From Octopus bimaculoides (lineage: Eukaryota): DNA of 49,467 bases. Below, in pieces: positions 12,366 through 23,082 of this stretch (the stretch's first letter is position 1; each line of letters opens with the position of its first letter). A program made the position numbers and the translations under genes. The DNA is taken from assembly GCF_001194135.2 (NCBI RefSeq), contig NC_068995.1:27208172-27257638 (forward strand). Reading direction: 5' to 3'. Under the pieces are notes generated by a model, which was given only the letters and a program-made list of their open reading frames with translations, had not been told where the DNA came from and ran no database searches.

Positions 12366-13747
12366 CACAGTTTGATCATGCAAAAGCCCATTTTTTGGTA
12401 TGTCCATTTCATGACAAAATACCTATTTTCTTTGGAAAATTATATTTCACTTGAAATTTTTGGATGTAAACTTTCTTTTCATATAGTTTTAATTAAAATC
12501 TGACATTTACCTGGAATGTTAGGGTCCCTCAGACACCCTGGTATTTCCACCCATTCACAAAGTTTATACTGTATGTTTTTTTTTACTGCTGAATGGTAAC
12601 CTTCAATTTAGTTCACTGTGCTTGAACACTATAACTCAACTTATGTTGATAATTATACATGCACATAGATGAATTTTTAAAATTTAATTGAATGGTGGTA
12701 GGTCAGATGATCATTATGAAATATAAAATCAAAATATATAAATCAGCTCTTGTGAAAATGTTAACATTACAACAAATTATCTGATTGTATTCAGAATCAG
12801 GGGAAAAAATTAAAAAACTCACGTTGGACTTCAATAGCCTACAAAATAATATTCTTTTCACAATATAATTTTTATTGACAAAAATAGATCAATATTTCTC
12901 TAAAAAATACGAAATTCACTTGTACAAGAATATGCATAAGTTAAGATTCATAAGTCACTCAGTACAAAGTAATGGGGAGTAAACAGCATTATCAATATGA
13001 TGATTACATACAAATTTTGGACTCTAGAGGCTCTATGTAACTCAATTTAGTGCAGATTCTCATAGAAATATGTTCACTTACCAATTAATTTGTCTATTCC
13101 TTGAAATTCTGGATCAAAATTGACATTTGAAGCCTTGAATTTGTCTTTCGTATGACCTCTCATCAGTTTGACAGTAGTGTCAGTATGTGTTAATCTTGTA
13201 CAAAACATATCAGTACATCACCCTCTTTTTTCACTTTGCACTTTTTTTACTATATTGTAGCCAGGAATCAGTAATGACCGTGATGATTTAACAAGACATT
13301 TTTCCTTCTTATGGCATAAAAATCTTGAAGAAATTATGTTCTTTTCTATGTGAAAATTAACGATAAAATTTTCACTTTTATATTTCTTAACAATTATCTG
13401 ACCTACCCCCATTGAGTTTTATATCAAAATAAAGCTAAAACATTTATCTACATTTGTATATGATTTTTAACACAACTCAAGTTATGGTGCTCAAGCGCAC
13501 TGAACTAGAATGAGGGCTGCCATTCAGCAGGCAAAAAAAAAAGGGGAGAACAAACTTTGAAAATGCATGAAAATACCAGGGTGTTTGAAGGACCCTGACA
13601 TAATATGTAACTTTCAGATTTTAATTAAAACTGTATGAGAAGAAAATTCACATCCAAAGCTTTCAAATGATATATAATTTTCCATGGAAAACATTTTTTT
13701 TAACATGAAAATGTTAAAGCAAAAAATGTGTTCATGTTCAAACTATG
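12366..13747. mobile_element. Non-autonomous long-TIR (foldback/MITE-like) element with about 345-bp diverged terminal inverted repeats
   Basis: About 12366-12715 is an imperfect reverse complement of about 13395-13747. Matching blocks include ttttaattaaaatctga, caccctggtatttc, gctgaatgg..agttca.tg.gcttga.cac.ataac and ggtaggtcagat. No TSD is recognisable. Confidence 0.75.
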
Positions 13748-13789
13748 CTTGTTTTCAATGTATGACGCTCTATAGTAATATCTACTCTA

Positions 13790-15000
13790 AAGTGAAGTTG
13801 TCTTCTGGTTGAGCCTGACATGCTCTTGTGAAGAGTATGTCTGTCGACACACCACTCTAGATTTAAAACACAACTGGACTCTGTCCATTGGTTGTATTGC
13901 TTTGATTGGGCAGTGGTTTAGACGGCATGCATCTGGTGTATTATTGGTGTGTGAGAGGTAATGTCTGACTATGTGACCCCGTCTCTTGATTCTGATAAGG
14001 AGACCAGATCTCTTGATATTGTTTTTTAGCTTGTTCCCTACCATATCTCCATAGTGTAGTAGATTAACATAGACCCATTGTTTACTTTTCTGTTTCTTTC
14101 TGTTGCTATTGATGTCACTACTGTGGCTGTCATTGTTGGTGTCGTTATCATCATTGTCATCATCATTGGCTCGTCAACCATTGTTGTTGCTGTGGTGGTT
14201 GTTGGTTCTTTTGTGGTACCCTTGTGTTCATGTGTTTAGCCTCTTATACTTTCTTTATAAAATGTGGCCTGCCCCTCTTAGGTACAGCTCCTTAGTGAAA
14301 TCCATCCATACAGAGTTCTCTGTTTTGGCCTCATCACACCTGCTTATGCAGCAGTTGAATTCGTTAAAGGCCATGTTGTACTTTAACGCCTTTGGATATG
14401 TCAAGTCTGAGTCAAAGATGTCTTTCTTTGCCTCTTTCTCTAAGAATTTGTTTGTTGCATGCCCTGAAACAAAAGAGACATTAAAATTTAAGATGCTTGG
14501 TGAGTCATTAACGACTGGGTGTTTGATATCAAACTGGATGTTGTGGTGGAAGCTTTTGAAGATACTGTGAATCCTGATTGCCTTGTCCCTGGAAAAAGGT
14601 GTCATTGATATATCTCCAGTATAATGTGATATACCATCCTGCATGGAGGGTCTTCCATTTCAGATCATCAAGTTAAGGGCAGCCACTGAATATGGACCCT
14701 ATTTGGAGGCTGCTGTGTTGTCGGTATGTGGTGTTTTTGTTCTAAAAGTAGGTGTTGGTGGTGCACAATTTAAGGGTGAATCTGAGGTTCATTGGTGAGA
14801 AGTCTGTTGCCAGCTTCTGGCTGCTTTTTAGCTATTCTTCGATAGCTCATATAGCATTAGTCAGTGGTATACATGGACCATATATCTAAGCGGAAAGTGT
14901 ATTTGCAGTCCGAGATAGTTCCAAGAGGAAGCTTACAGAGGAGTTTGATAAGTTGCCAGCTGTTCTCTAGTTGTGCTGGTGTGTTATGCTAGCAGTGATT
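13790..15000 (-). mobile_element. Penelope-like element, decayed (RT, thumb, GIY-YIG region)
   Basis: Minus strand has LDIWSMYT, LKLCTTNTYF..YRQ, YWRYINDTF (Y.DD motif decayed), KEAKKDIF..YPKALKYNMAFNEF, and C..NHCPI..C..RVVC (Cys-rich start of the endonuclease region). Confidence 0.72.
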
Positions 15001-15228
15001 TGAGTAGTCATGCTAAGAGTCACTTCCATATCCATAAACCTTTTATATATCCTTAATCTCTTACATCCATGAACTTTTAAAACTATTATATCCCTCAATC
15101 TATTGTGAAAAATAGACATCCCCGTATCTCCTGTTTTATTTTATTTTGATATATTTTATTTCACTCTTCATCTTTACCTTCCTAACCTCTCCTACTAACG
15201 GCATTACCCTGTCATCTTACTATACTCT

Positions 15229-15290
15229 AAATACATCAACACATTGCCTAAAATACATCAACCCATTGCCCAAAATACATCAACACATTA
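15229..15290. repeat. 22-bp minisatellite, about 2.8 copies
   Basis: aaatacatcaacacattgccta / aaatacatcaacccattgccca / aaatacatcaacacatta. Confidence 0.9.
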
Positions 15291-15384
15291 ACATCACTTT
15301 GGGTATGCATTTTCATGTTGAGTGAAATGATGGTAGGATCTAATGAAGGACTTACTTAAATAATAACCTGGGGAAGCACATTTT

Positions 15385-15680
15385 ACACTGGCTCAGTTGG
15401 TTGTACTGTACTGCCTTCCAGATTATTATGATATCCTCTTCCCTTTTTCACTTCCTGTAGAGTCATCTTTCCCTTGGCCTCTGACCACCATTACATTTTT
15501 GTTAACTCAGTTCCTGCCTATTAGCCTGAATGTGTCCCTTTATTTCTCTGATCATAACACTTTCCTTCACTACATCCACCACCTCCTGGACCTTCCATTT
15601 CTTACCTATCTTTCGCTTTGAGTCAGATCATCCTCACAACCTTGTCTTTCAAGTCTTCAGCAAACATTTTTAGATTGGGA
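15385..15680 (-). mobile_element. HERO-like (RLE-type) non-LTR retrotransposon fragment
   Basis: Minus strand, with frameshifts: KIGKKWKVQEVVDVVKE..IREIKGHIQ, WWSEAKGK and KAVQY.Q. These resemble the TGRKW..V / WWS.A.GK / KAVQQ.QQG motifs I associate with HERO ORFs. Confidence 0.5.
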
Positions 15681-16197
15681 ACTTGTTAGACTGCTATCTC
15701 ATATGCATTTACAGGTCTCTTTCTGACCTTCGTGTTACCAACTCTACAGTAAAACTATATTCATGAACAAAATAAATAGTGCAAATGACCTACATCCTAT
15801 ATTGCTTTAAAATTGACAAAAATTAATTCCCCAGTGTATTACAAACACTGTCCTACATACTATTTCTTCCCCTTTCCTGTCTCTTGAACTACTGCTATCG
15901 CACCTTTTCTTTGGTTCCCTTTTCCAGTTTAAGAAATTCTGTACATGATGTATCTGTTTTTTGTATTACCTACAAACTGTATACTAATCATTCCTCTCTA
16001 TGTTAAAACACTTTATAATTCCTTCCTGCCAACATTTTCTCCTATAAGCATTGACTATAGTTATTTAAATCAAAAATCAGCTACATATATCATTTTGTAG
16101 ACTTTCTTGTTTGGGAAGGTGTACAAAAGTTGTGGTTATTGCCCTTCTTTCTCCAGTTAAATAATAAAAATGTTTTCATTATTTTCTTTAATTTAAG

Positions 16198-16347
16198 ATT
16201 GCTCTAAAGATTTTTGGAATAAAGACATGTGTTGGTTATCTTATCTCGAAGAAACTAAATGGCTCAGCTATGTGCAGAGATGCCTCAAACAAGCTGTACG
16301 AATTGTAAAAATGATGACCTGTGAGAAAACATCTGTAATTCTCAAAG
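16198..16347 (+). CDS. MTMR10: Myotubularin-related pseudophosphatase (MTMR10/11/12 subgroup), internal coding exon
   Basis: tttaag|AT...AAAG|gtaagt, 150 nt, phase 1/1. Translates to (D)CSKDFWNKDMCWLSYLEETKWLSYVQRCLKQAVRIVKMMTCEKTSVILK(E), matching the myotubularin W...LE.T.WL.YV helix. Confidence 0.9.
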
Positions 16348-16463
16348 GTAAGTAGTTTAATCAGAAGTGCATATGATGTGTAAATTATTAGTGACTAATT
16401 AGTTATTGGTATATTTTAACATATTATTTATCAAAATTTACCAGACATTTTATTTTACAATAT

Positions 16464-16733
16464 GGCGTAGTGGTTAAGAGCATGGGCTACTAACCCCATG
16501 ATTCCGAGTTCGATTCCAGGCAGTGATCTGAATAATAATAATAAATAATAATAATAACAACAACAACATCAAAAAATACCTTAGGAATGAGAACCCAAGT
16601 TTGAAATTTCCCCAAGACACCTGATGAAGGCTGGAGGGTATATCAGCTGAAATGTTGTGTTAACAAACAAGATGAGGACAAATATCCATCAAATGTAAAT
16701 AATATACATAATTCCTCATCTCTTAAATATAGA
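16464..16733 (+). mobile_element. tRNA-derived SINE-like element: Pol III head, (AAT)n linker, hammerhead-containing tail
   Basis: A box TGGCGTAGTGG and B box GAGTTCGATTCC; the head resembles tRNA-Arg(ACG). (AAT)n follows, then a body shared with the minus-strand copy at 21441-21660. Flanked by ACAATAT at 16457-16463 and 16734-16740. Confidence 0.8.
16616..16661 (+). ncRNA. Minimal type-I hammerhead ribozyme-like motif
   Basis: GACAC-CUGAUGA-AGGCUG-gaggguauau-CAGCU-GAAA-U-GUU-GUGUU. Stem I is GACAC/GUGUU, stem II is GGCUG/CAGCU, the core CUGAUGA..GAAA is intact, and the cleavage triplet is GUU. Stem III has no loop. Confidence 0.68.
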
Positions 16734-16804
16734 ACAATATACTCTCTTGTTGGGTTTATTTTATCATTCTGTATTATTTATGGTTATTCTTTTATTTTTA
16801 TCAT

Positions 16805-17040
16805 TTACTTGTTTTAGTCACTAGACTGTGGTCACACTGAAGTACCTTGAAGAATTTTAGTCAAACGAATCAACCTCAATACATATTTTTTAAGCTAGTG
16901 TCTTTTGCATCTACCCAATCCACTCACAAGGCTTTGGTTGACCCATGGCTATAGTAGAAGACACTGACATAAGGTGCCACACAGAGGAACTGAACCCAGA
17001 ATCATGTGGTTTGGAAGGCAACTTCTTACCATACATCAAG
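16805..17040 (-). mobile_element. tRNA-derived SINE (second family), decayed
   Basis: Shares ccactcacaaggctttggttg..gctatagtagaagacact..aaggtgcca..gaactgaaccc with the copy at 36975-37483. Confidence 0.75.
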
Positions 17041-17692
17041 CATAATGAAGTTAAATATTTAGCTATGTTCTTTTACTCTGGTTAAGAATGCATTATCTTT
17101 ATTTTATTATAAGTTTGTACATATTAATTTCATTTAAAAAATGAACAGAAGAAAAAAAAAATTGCCTGAATTTAGTTAGAAGTGAAATGTTTAAATTCTA
17201 TCAAAAATACTACAATTCTCTCATTAAAAGTGTAAACATATCTGGTTATTTATGCTCTATAAGCTTAGAAAAATAAATAACATCTGTTTTTCATTACATA
17301 CTGTATTAAATTTTGCAAAATTTATTCTTAATTTTTTATCATATTCTTTTTCCTTCAAGAGCTGCTAACAATTACTGCTAGAATTTTTCTTTCTCATATT
17401 AAGAAGATAATTTCAAATATTTTGTAATTATTTTTGATAGAATGTGAAGAATATAATGTAAAATGTGTAAATTACCATAGAACAGACAACAAGCATATAC
17501 TATTTGTTGTTCCTTTGACTTCCAACTAGATTCAAACAATTCAGTATATCACCCTTTATTTGATTTGTCTAGTTTTATGCCATTGGCTCATTTTATTTTC
17601 TTTAGCTCAGTATATTTTTTCCATATCAAACATGCTTGTAAGGGGACGAAACTGTTTAAGTTATGGTGATGATAGTTATCCTCATGTGAACA

Positions 17693-17880
17693 GGTTGCCA
17701 TGAATAGGACAGCCTGGAGAACTGCTATCTGCAATGGAGCCACCTCCTTTGAGAAGAACAGACAACAGAATGAGGATGTAAAATGCCCACAACTCTTTCA
17801 CCACCGACTTGGACTCCAAAGTCACATTCGGCACAATCATCAGCCGAGGAGACTGGATATGAACTGGAGCTAACAACTAT
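17693..17880 (+). mobile_element. RTE-BovB-like LINE ORF C-terminal fragment
   Basis: EQVAMNRTAWRTAICNGATSFEKNR..CPQLFHHRLGLQSHIRHNH, matching the WE..A.DR..WR..G...FE and C..F..R.GL.SH.R terminal pattern. Confidence 0.65.
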
Positions 17881-17975
17881 AGCCATAATCATCATAATTT
17901 AAGCATCAAAGAATTTTTAGTTGTATTTTTGTTTACTATTATTAAATCAGTAATAATCTTTTGTTTCTTATCCAG

Positions 17976-18145
17976 AACCTAAAAGTCGTGATATAAGCTG
18001 TTTACTGTCATGCTTAGTGCAGCTTTTATTTGATCGTCATTATCGAACCATTTTAGGATTTCAATCCCTTATTCAACGTGAGTGGGTTTCCATGGGACAT
18101 CCTTTTCAAGAACGTTGTGGCTTTGTTAATGTTCCTGGTTCTGAG
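17976..18145 (+). CDS. MTMR10: MTMR10/11/12-like internal coding exon (pseudo-active site and GFQSLIQ.EW motif)
   Basis: tccag|AA...GAG|gtaat, 170 nt, phase 1/0, in frame with the previous exon. Translates to (E)PKSRDISCLLSCLVQLLFDRHYRTILGFQSLIQREWVSMGHPFQERCGFVNVPGSE. Confidence 0.93.
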
Positions 18146-18935
18146 GTAATATTTTTTTCCCCTTTCTGATTATTCATTCTAAAATATTTTGTTAAGATCC
18201 TGTTGTTTTATATATTACATATCTAACATATAGGTAAGTATGTCTCTTATGCATCAAGCATTTGTTGGTAATTTTTATTTATTCTTATAATGCACATGTC
18301 AGTTGTGTTATTATTCAGATATAATACTTTTGACTTCATTCTTCAGTAGTTCATTTGTCTGTAACATAGGTTAAATTGTGTTCAGTTACCAGCCATTACA
18401 TTTCTTTCTTTTTTTATCTGTATATCTTAACTCTTGTAGTCAATCACTATTTTTCATGTATTTAGTCAGCTTATCTAATATTTCCTATAATTTATAATAT
18501 ATACTGAAATTCATTACATTTAAGACTTATAGATTATGTTTCTGGAATTATGACTAAGGTTACCAACAAAACTGACTCAAAACAATTTTAAAATGAGAGC
18601 ACAAGTAACTTCAGTATGATAATGCTTAACAAAATCCAAATAATTGTCCAAATTCTCTGGTTGATTAACTCAAACAAATCATTAAAGCTATTAAATGTAA
18701 TTTAAGGTAAAGGTTAGATTATTTGATGCCTGTGTCAAGAGCTTGATGAACTGAAATAATAGCAGTGAAAACAAAAGAACTGCACTGATTAGAGGATAGG
18801 AACATTCTGATTCATTAGCTATTAATGTAAATCTATTCCCATTAAACTGAGTTTGGTGACTTTTGTTACTGTTTGTGAGAGAGAGAAGTGTTGATTTTGA
18901 GAAATGAAAATGTGTTTACTAAGTAATAAAACCAA

Positions 18936-19090
18936 GATTGTGTGGTTAAGAAGTTCATTTCATAACCATGTGGTTCTGGTTTCAATTCCTCTCTGAAGCA
19001 CCTTAGGTAAGTATCTTCTACTATAGCCTCTGCTTAATCAATACCGTTTGAGTGAAATTTTGTTAGATGGAAACTATGGAAACCTATTAT
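18936..19090 (+). mobile_element. tRNA-derived SINE 5' fragment (second family)
   Basis: gtgtggttaagaag..aaccatgtggttctggtttcaattcc..gcaccttaggtaagtatcttctactatagcc is the reverse-complement match to the 16805 and 36975 copies. Confidence 0.7.
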
Positions 19091-20959
19091 GTGTGTGTTT
19101 GTGCATGTGTGCAAGTTTCTTTTGCTGATATATATCAATGAAATTGTAAACAGTACTCTTTGAATAAAGTTCTCTGCAAGAATTATTTTGCATTGAGTTA
19201 CAGTCATTCCCTTGTCACACTCACCATCAGAAATACTATACATTAGTGATTTATCTGTTAGTATTATGTATGTTATTGGTCACTAATTGCAATATAAAAT
19301 AATAAAAATTTAAACCAAGGAAGACTTGAATTGTTAGATTTTGAAGAAAATAATATTCAATAGTAGTTGATGAGCAGAAGGTATACTGGAAATATTTCAA
19401 GATATGCTAGTAGAGAAAAGTGTTCATTAAACAATTAACAGTACTGATTTTTAAGATTTGACTGTCTTTTTCTCCTTATAAAATTTTACAGAATTCTAAA
19501 TCAAAGGCATAATCACTATTTTACACATAGTTGACAATACATTTTTGATAAAAAAGAATCCTGTTGCAAAAAATGTTTGTGTTGATTGCTATTAACTTTT
19601 GTGAACAAAGCTGGCTTTTAAATATGAAAGTGTAACTTTTGTTATTTACAACCGTTTTTAGATCTTTTCCTTGGCAAGTGCAAAGTGTAAGCATCTTTTT
19701 TTTTTTTTTTGTGGTATAATTTTCTCTTAAACTTCTAATTATCTAAGGAATTAATAATCAAGACAATTGATGCTTTCATTTGCTATATATTCCTGTTCCT
19801 TGAGAGAAAAAAACTTGTTTGCATTTAACTGAAATTTGAGTCATATCAATCTAAATACATTGTCTTTGGTAATAGTTTAATGAATACTTCTCATTGAATT
19901 AAAGCATTTTTTATGCCCTATATTATCTACAAGAGAATTTGAGATTTCATAAAACATTTTTTAATATATTATTTTGTTCAGGGAATGCTTTTATTTTGTT
20001 TTCTTATGGTTTTTGTCTGAGGGAAGGGGCTACAAGACTAGTGAGGTCAGTACAGTAGATAGTCTTCATTAACATCAAGTCAACAATTGCAGTTAGAATA
20101 TATCAGGGAGGGGATTCATAAGGGTCACATTTTTGGAAGGAAGGATTGGGAATATTGGTTACTTTGGTACCTAATGGAGTAGACACAATATGGATCATGT
20201 GAGAAAAAGACATGAGTCAGGTGGGAAATAGGTGGATGTATAAGATCAGATAATTCTGAGGAGCAGAAGTCAATGTCTTAGAAACAATAGAGTGGCAACT
20301 TCACTTCTCAAGCCAGTAGTTGGGGTATATTAGTGAGTGATGCTCATGTGTGTTGTGCTAACACCATCCAGTAGTAGTATTCCAGTGTAGGTCTCGCTTG
20401 AGGTTTGTAGAGAGTTAGCAGTTGTAGGAAGCTGAAGTATTTTCTAGTCTTAACGAGAAAGACTTGTCTTTTTGATGACGTTTTAGCTATGGTGAGATAT
20501 GAAATTACTAGCAGAGATCATCTGTAATAGTGAATGCTGTTGTTTTGTTATATTGAAATAATTCAGTTATTCTGCCAAGCTTTGTCTACTTTCTTTACCT
20601 CCCACCTCCTTGTAGTTGTTGTCAACTTAGTGTATTAACAGGGTTGACAGAGCATTTGATTGAAAATGTTTAGCAGTATTTATTCTAACTCTATGCTCTG
20701 AATTCAAATCCTATTGAGGTTAGCCTTAGTATTTCATCTGTTGTATAGAGTAGTTGTGTTATTTTGTTGAGTGATGTTTATGTATCATGTGCTATGTGAT
20801 TAGTGTTACATGATTAGCGTCAGGTTGTGACTGTGTAGTGTTATATGCTCTGTAGATTGTGTCATACATAGAATGTGAGTTGTTGGCTATCAGTTATATA
20901 AAATTGTGTGTTATTTATTTGGGTGGTTATTGTAAGGGATATATTTTGTATGCAATGTG

Positions 20960-21430
20960 TAATATTTAAGCTATGCTATTGAACTGTGGACTATGCCCAT
21001 GGGAGCTATCTTTTAGATTGTGTGTAATGTTGTGACCTCTATATTTTACAGGGTTTTTTGCTCATATTTTATACTTTGTGCTCCTATCATTATTGGTTTT
21101 ATTTTTATTTTCATGCTCTACATGATCATTCCAATTTCATACTTGGTATTTTTAGTTTTTCCACCTTCTTTCAGGCAATGTTTTGGTCAAAATGGATTTG
21201 TCTGTCAAAGTACATACATTTTCATCCTAGTGCTTGGTCTCCTTGCTATCTGGATAGGCATATCCCAGTTGACTGTGGCCAAGTTATTGTCAGGTACCAT
21301 GTTTGGTATGTGTTTTGCCCAGTGGACGGAGCTGCCATCTTAGTTGTTGTTTGTGAATATGCAGACTGGACAAGGAGACTCAGCAGCTGGAAATAATGTG
21401 GTCAGTGACCTCTTTGTACTGGTTGCAAAG
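20960..21430 (-). mobile_element. Old R4/Dong-clade LINE fragment (restriction-like endonuclease)
   Basis: Minus strand with frameshifts: NWDMPIQ..RP, KC...D..I.FDQNIA.K.VEKL.KY, and KPIMIGA. Confidence 0.55.
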
Positions 21431-21440
21431 TCTGCATTTG

Positions 21441-21660
21441 ATACATTATTTACATTTGACGGATATTTGTCCTCGTCTTGTTTGTTGTTAACACGTTTCA
21501 GCTGATATACCCTCTAGCCTTCATCAGGTGTCTTGGGGAAATTTNNNNNNNNNNAGCTGATATACCCTCTAGCCTTCATCAGGTGTCTTGGGGAAATTTC
21601 AAACCTGGGTTCTCATTTCTAAGGTATTTTTTGATGTTGTTATTATTATTATTATTATCA
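21441..21660 (-). mobile_element. Second copy of the tRNA-SINE/hammerhead element (3' part; its head remnant lies at 22905-22951)
   Basis: Reverse complement of the 16560-16705 body. Core CTGATGA at 21527-21521 and GAAAC at 21499-21495. 21555-21594 repeats about 21500-21544 across a 10-N gap, probably an assembly overlap. Confidence 0.85.
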
Positions 21661-22902
21661 TTCAATAGTTTTATTTTTATAGCGTACTTTCACTTCACTA
21701 CTGAGCGCAGCTCTGTGTGCCTTGGGTATGTGCTGTGGTTTGCTGTGATGCTCTTATGGTTACTATATTGAAAGTGTTTTGCATAGGATGTGTGCAGTGC
21801 CCAGTAGTGCAATTTTCTGTATGTTATATATATTTGTAAGTCCTGATTTTTTTGTTATGCATTTGTCTGAATATTATTTTATCATACCTAAGGCACCTAC
21901 TATGATAGGAATTGTTTCTGTTTTTAGATTCCACATTCGAGTTACCTCTCTTTCCAGGTCTTTGTATTTTGAAAGTTTCTCCATTTCTTTTAAAGAAACG
22001 TTGTCATCTGCTGGTATTAGAAAGCATTTTTTTCTTCATGATCTCTGACAACNNNNNNNNNNNNNNNNNNNNNNNNNNNNNNNNNNNNNNNNNNNNNNNN
22101 NNNNNNNNNNNNNNNNNNNNNNNNNNNNNNNNNNNNNNNNNNNNNNNNNNNNNNNNNNNNNNNNNNNNNNNNNNNNNNNNNNNNNNNNNNNNNNNNNNNN
22201 NNNNNNNNNNNNNNNNNNNNNNNNNNNNNNNNNNNNNNNNNNNNNNNNNNNNNNNNNNNNNNNNNNNNNNNNNNNNNNNNNNNNNNNNNNNNNNNNNNNN
22301 NNNNNNNNNNNNNNNNNNNNNNNNNNNNNNNNNNNNNNNNNNNNNNNNNNNNNNNNNNNNNNNNNNNNNNNNNNNNNNNNNNNNNNNNNNNNNNNNNNNN
22401 NNNNNNNNNNNNNNNNNNNNNNNNNNNNNNNNNNNNNNNNNNNNNNNNNNNNNNNNNNNNNNNNNNNNNNNNNNNNNNNNNNNNNNNNNNNNNNNNNNNN
22501 NNNNNNNNNNNNNNNNNNNNNNNNNNNNNNNNNNNNNNNNNNNNNNNNNNNNNNNNNNNNNNNNNNNNNNNNNNNNNNNNNNNNNNNNNNNNNNNNNNNN
22601 NNNNNNNNNNNNNNNNNNNNNNNNNNNNNNNNNNNNNNNNNNNNNNNNNNNNNNNNNNNNNNNNNNNNNNNNNNNNNNNNNNNNNNNNNNNNNNNNNNNN
22701 NNNNNNNNNNNNNNNNNNNNNNNNNNNNNNNNNNNNNNNNNNNNNNNNNNNNNNNNNNNNNNNNNNNNNNNNNNNNNNNNNNNNNNNNNNNNNNNNNNNN
22801 NNNNNNNNNNNNNNNNCTCTGTCTATTTCTTTTGCATTTAGTTTAGCCCAGTATTTGCTATGAAGGGGCTTTCCTTGCCATCATTTTATCATGGTCCGTT
22901 GC

Positions 22903-22904
<2 letters not shown>
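21661..22904 (-). mobile_element. R4/Dong-clade LINE, 5'-truncated, inserted in a (TAA)n tract
   Basis: The 5' side reads WQGKPLHSKYWAKLNAKEIDRE. The 3' side reads IPADDNVSLKEMEKLSKYKDLEREVTRMWNLKTETIPIIVGALG..IQKIALLGTAHILCKTLSI* (stop at 21763). Both junctions are (TTA)n. The middle is a gap. Confidence 0.85.
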
Positions 22905-22937
<33 letters not shown>

Positions 22938-22951
22938 TCACTGCCTGGAAT

Positions 22952-23039
22952 GGACATATGGCGTAGTGGTTAAGAATGTGGGCTACTAACCCCAAGATTC
23001 CGAGTTTGATTCCAGGCAGTGACCTGAATAATAATAATT

Positions 23040-23070
<31 letters not shown>

Positions 23071-23080
23071 TGATAATAAT
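22952..23080 (+). mobile_element. Third copy of the tRNA-SINE (head plus (AAT)n only)
   Basis: ggacatatggcgtagtggttaagaatgtgggctactaaccccaagattccgagtttgattccaggcagtgacctg(aat)n matches 16462-16555. Confidence 0.85.
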
Positions 23081-23082
23081 TA

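Noticed and set aside
13135-13170. Hammerhead-like CUGAUGA-G..C-GAAA on the minus strand
   Set aside because: Stem II has only one pair and no stem I partner exists. Probably chance.
16462-16535. Functional tRNA gene (also 22952-23025)
   Set aside because: T-stem and acceptor stem do not pair properly, there is no T-run terminator, and it is embedded in a repeated element. It is a SINE head.
21555-21594. Apparent tandem hammerhead dimer
   Set aside because: Exact duplication across a 10-N gap, as also at 39624-39672. Most likely contig overlap, though long reads should confirm because a real dimer would matter.
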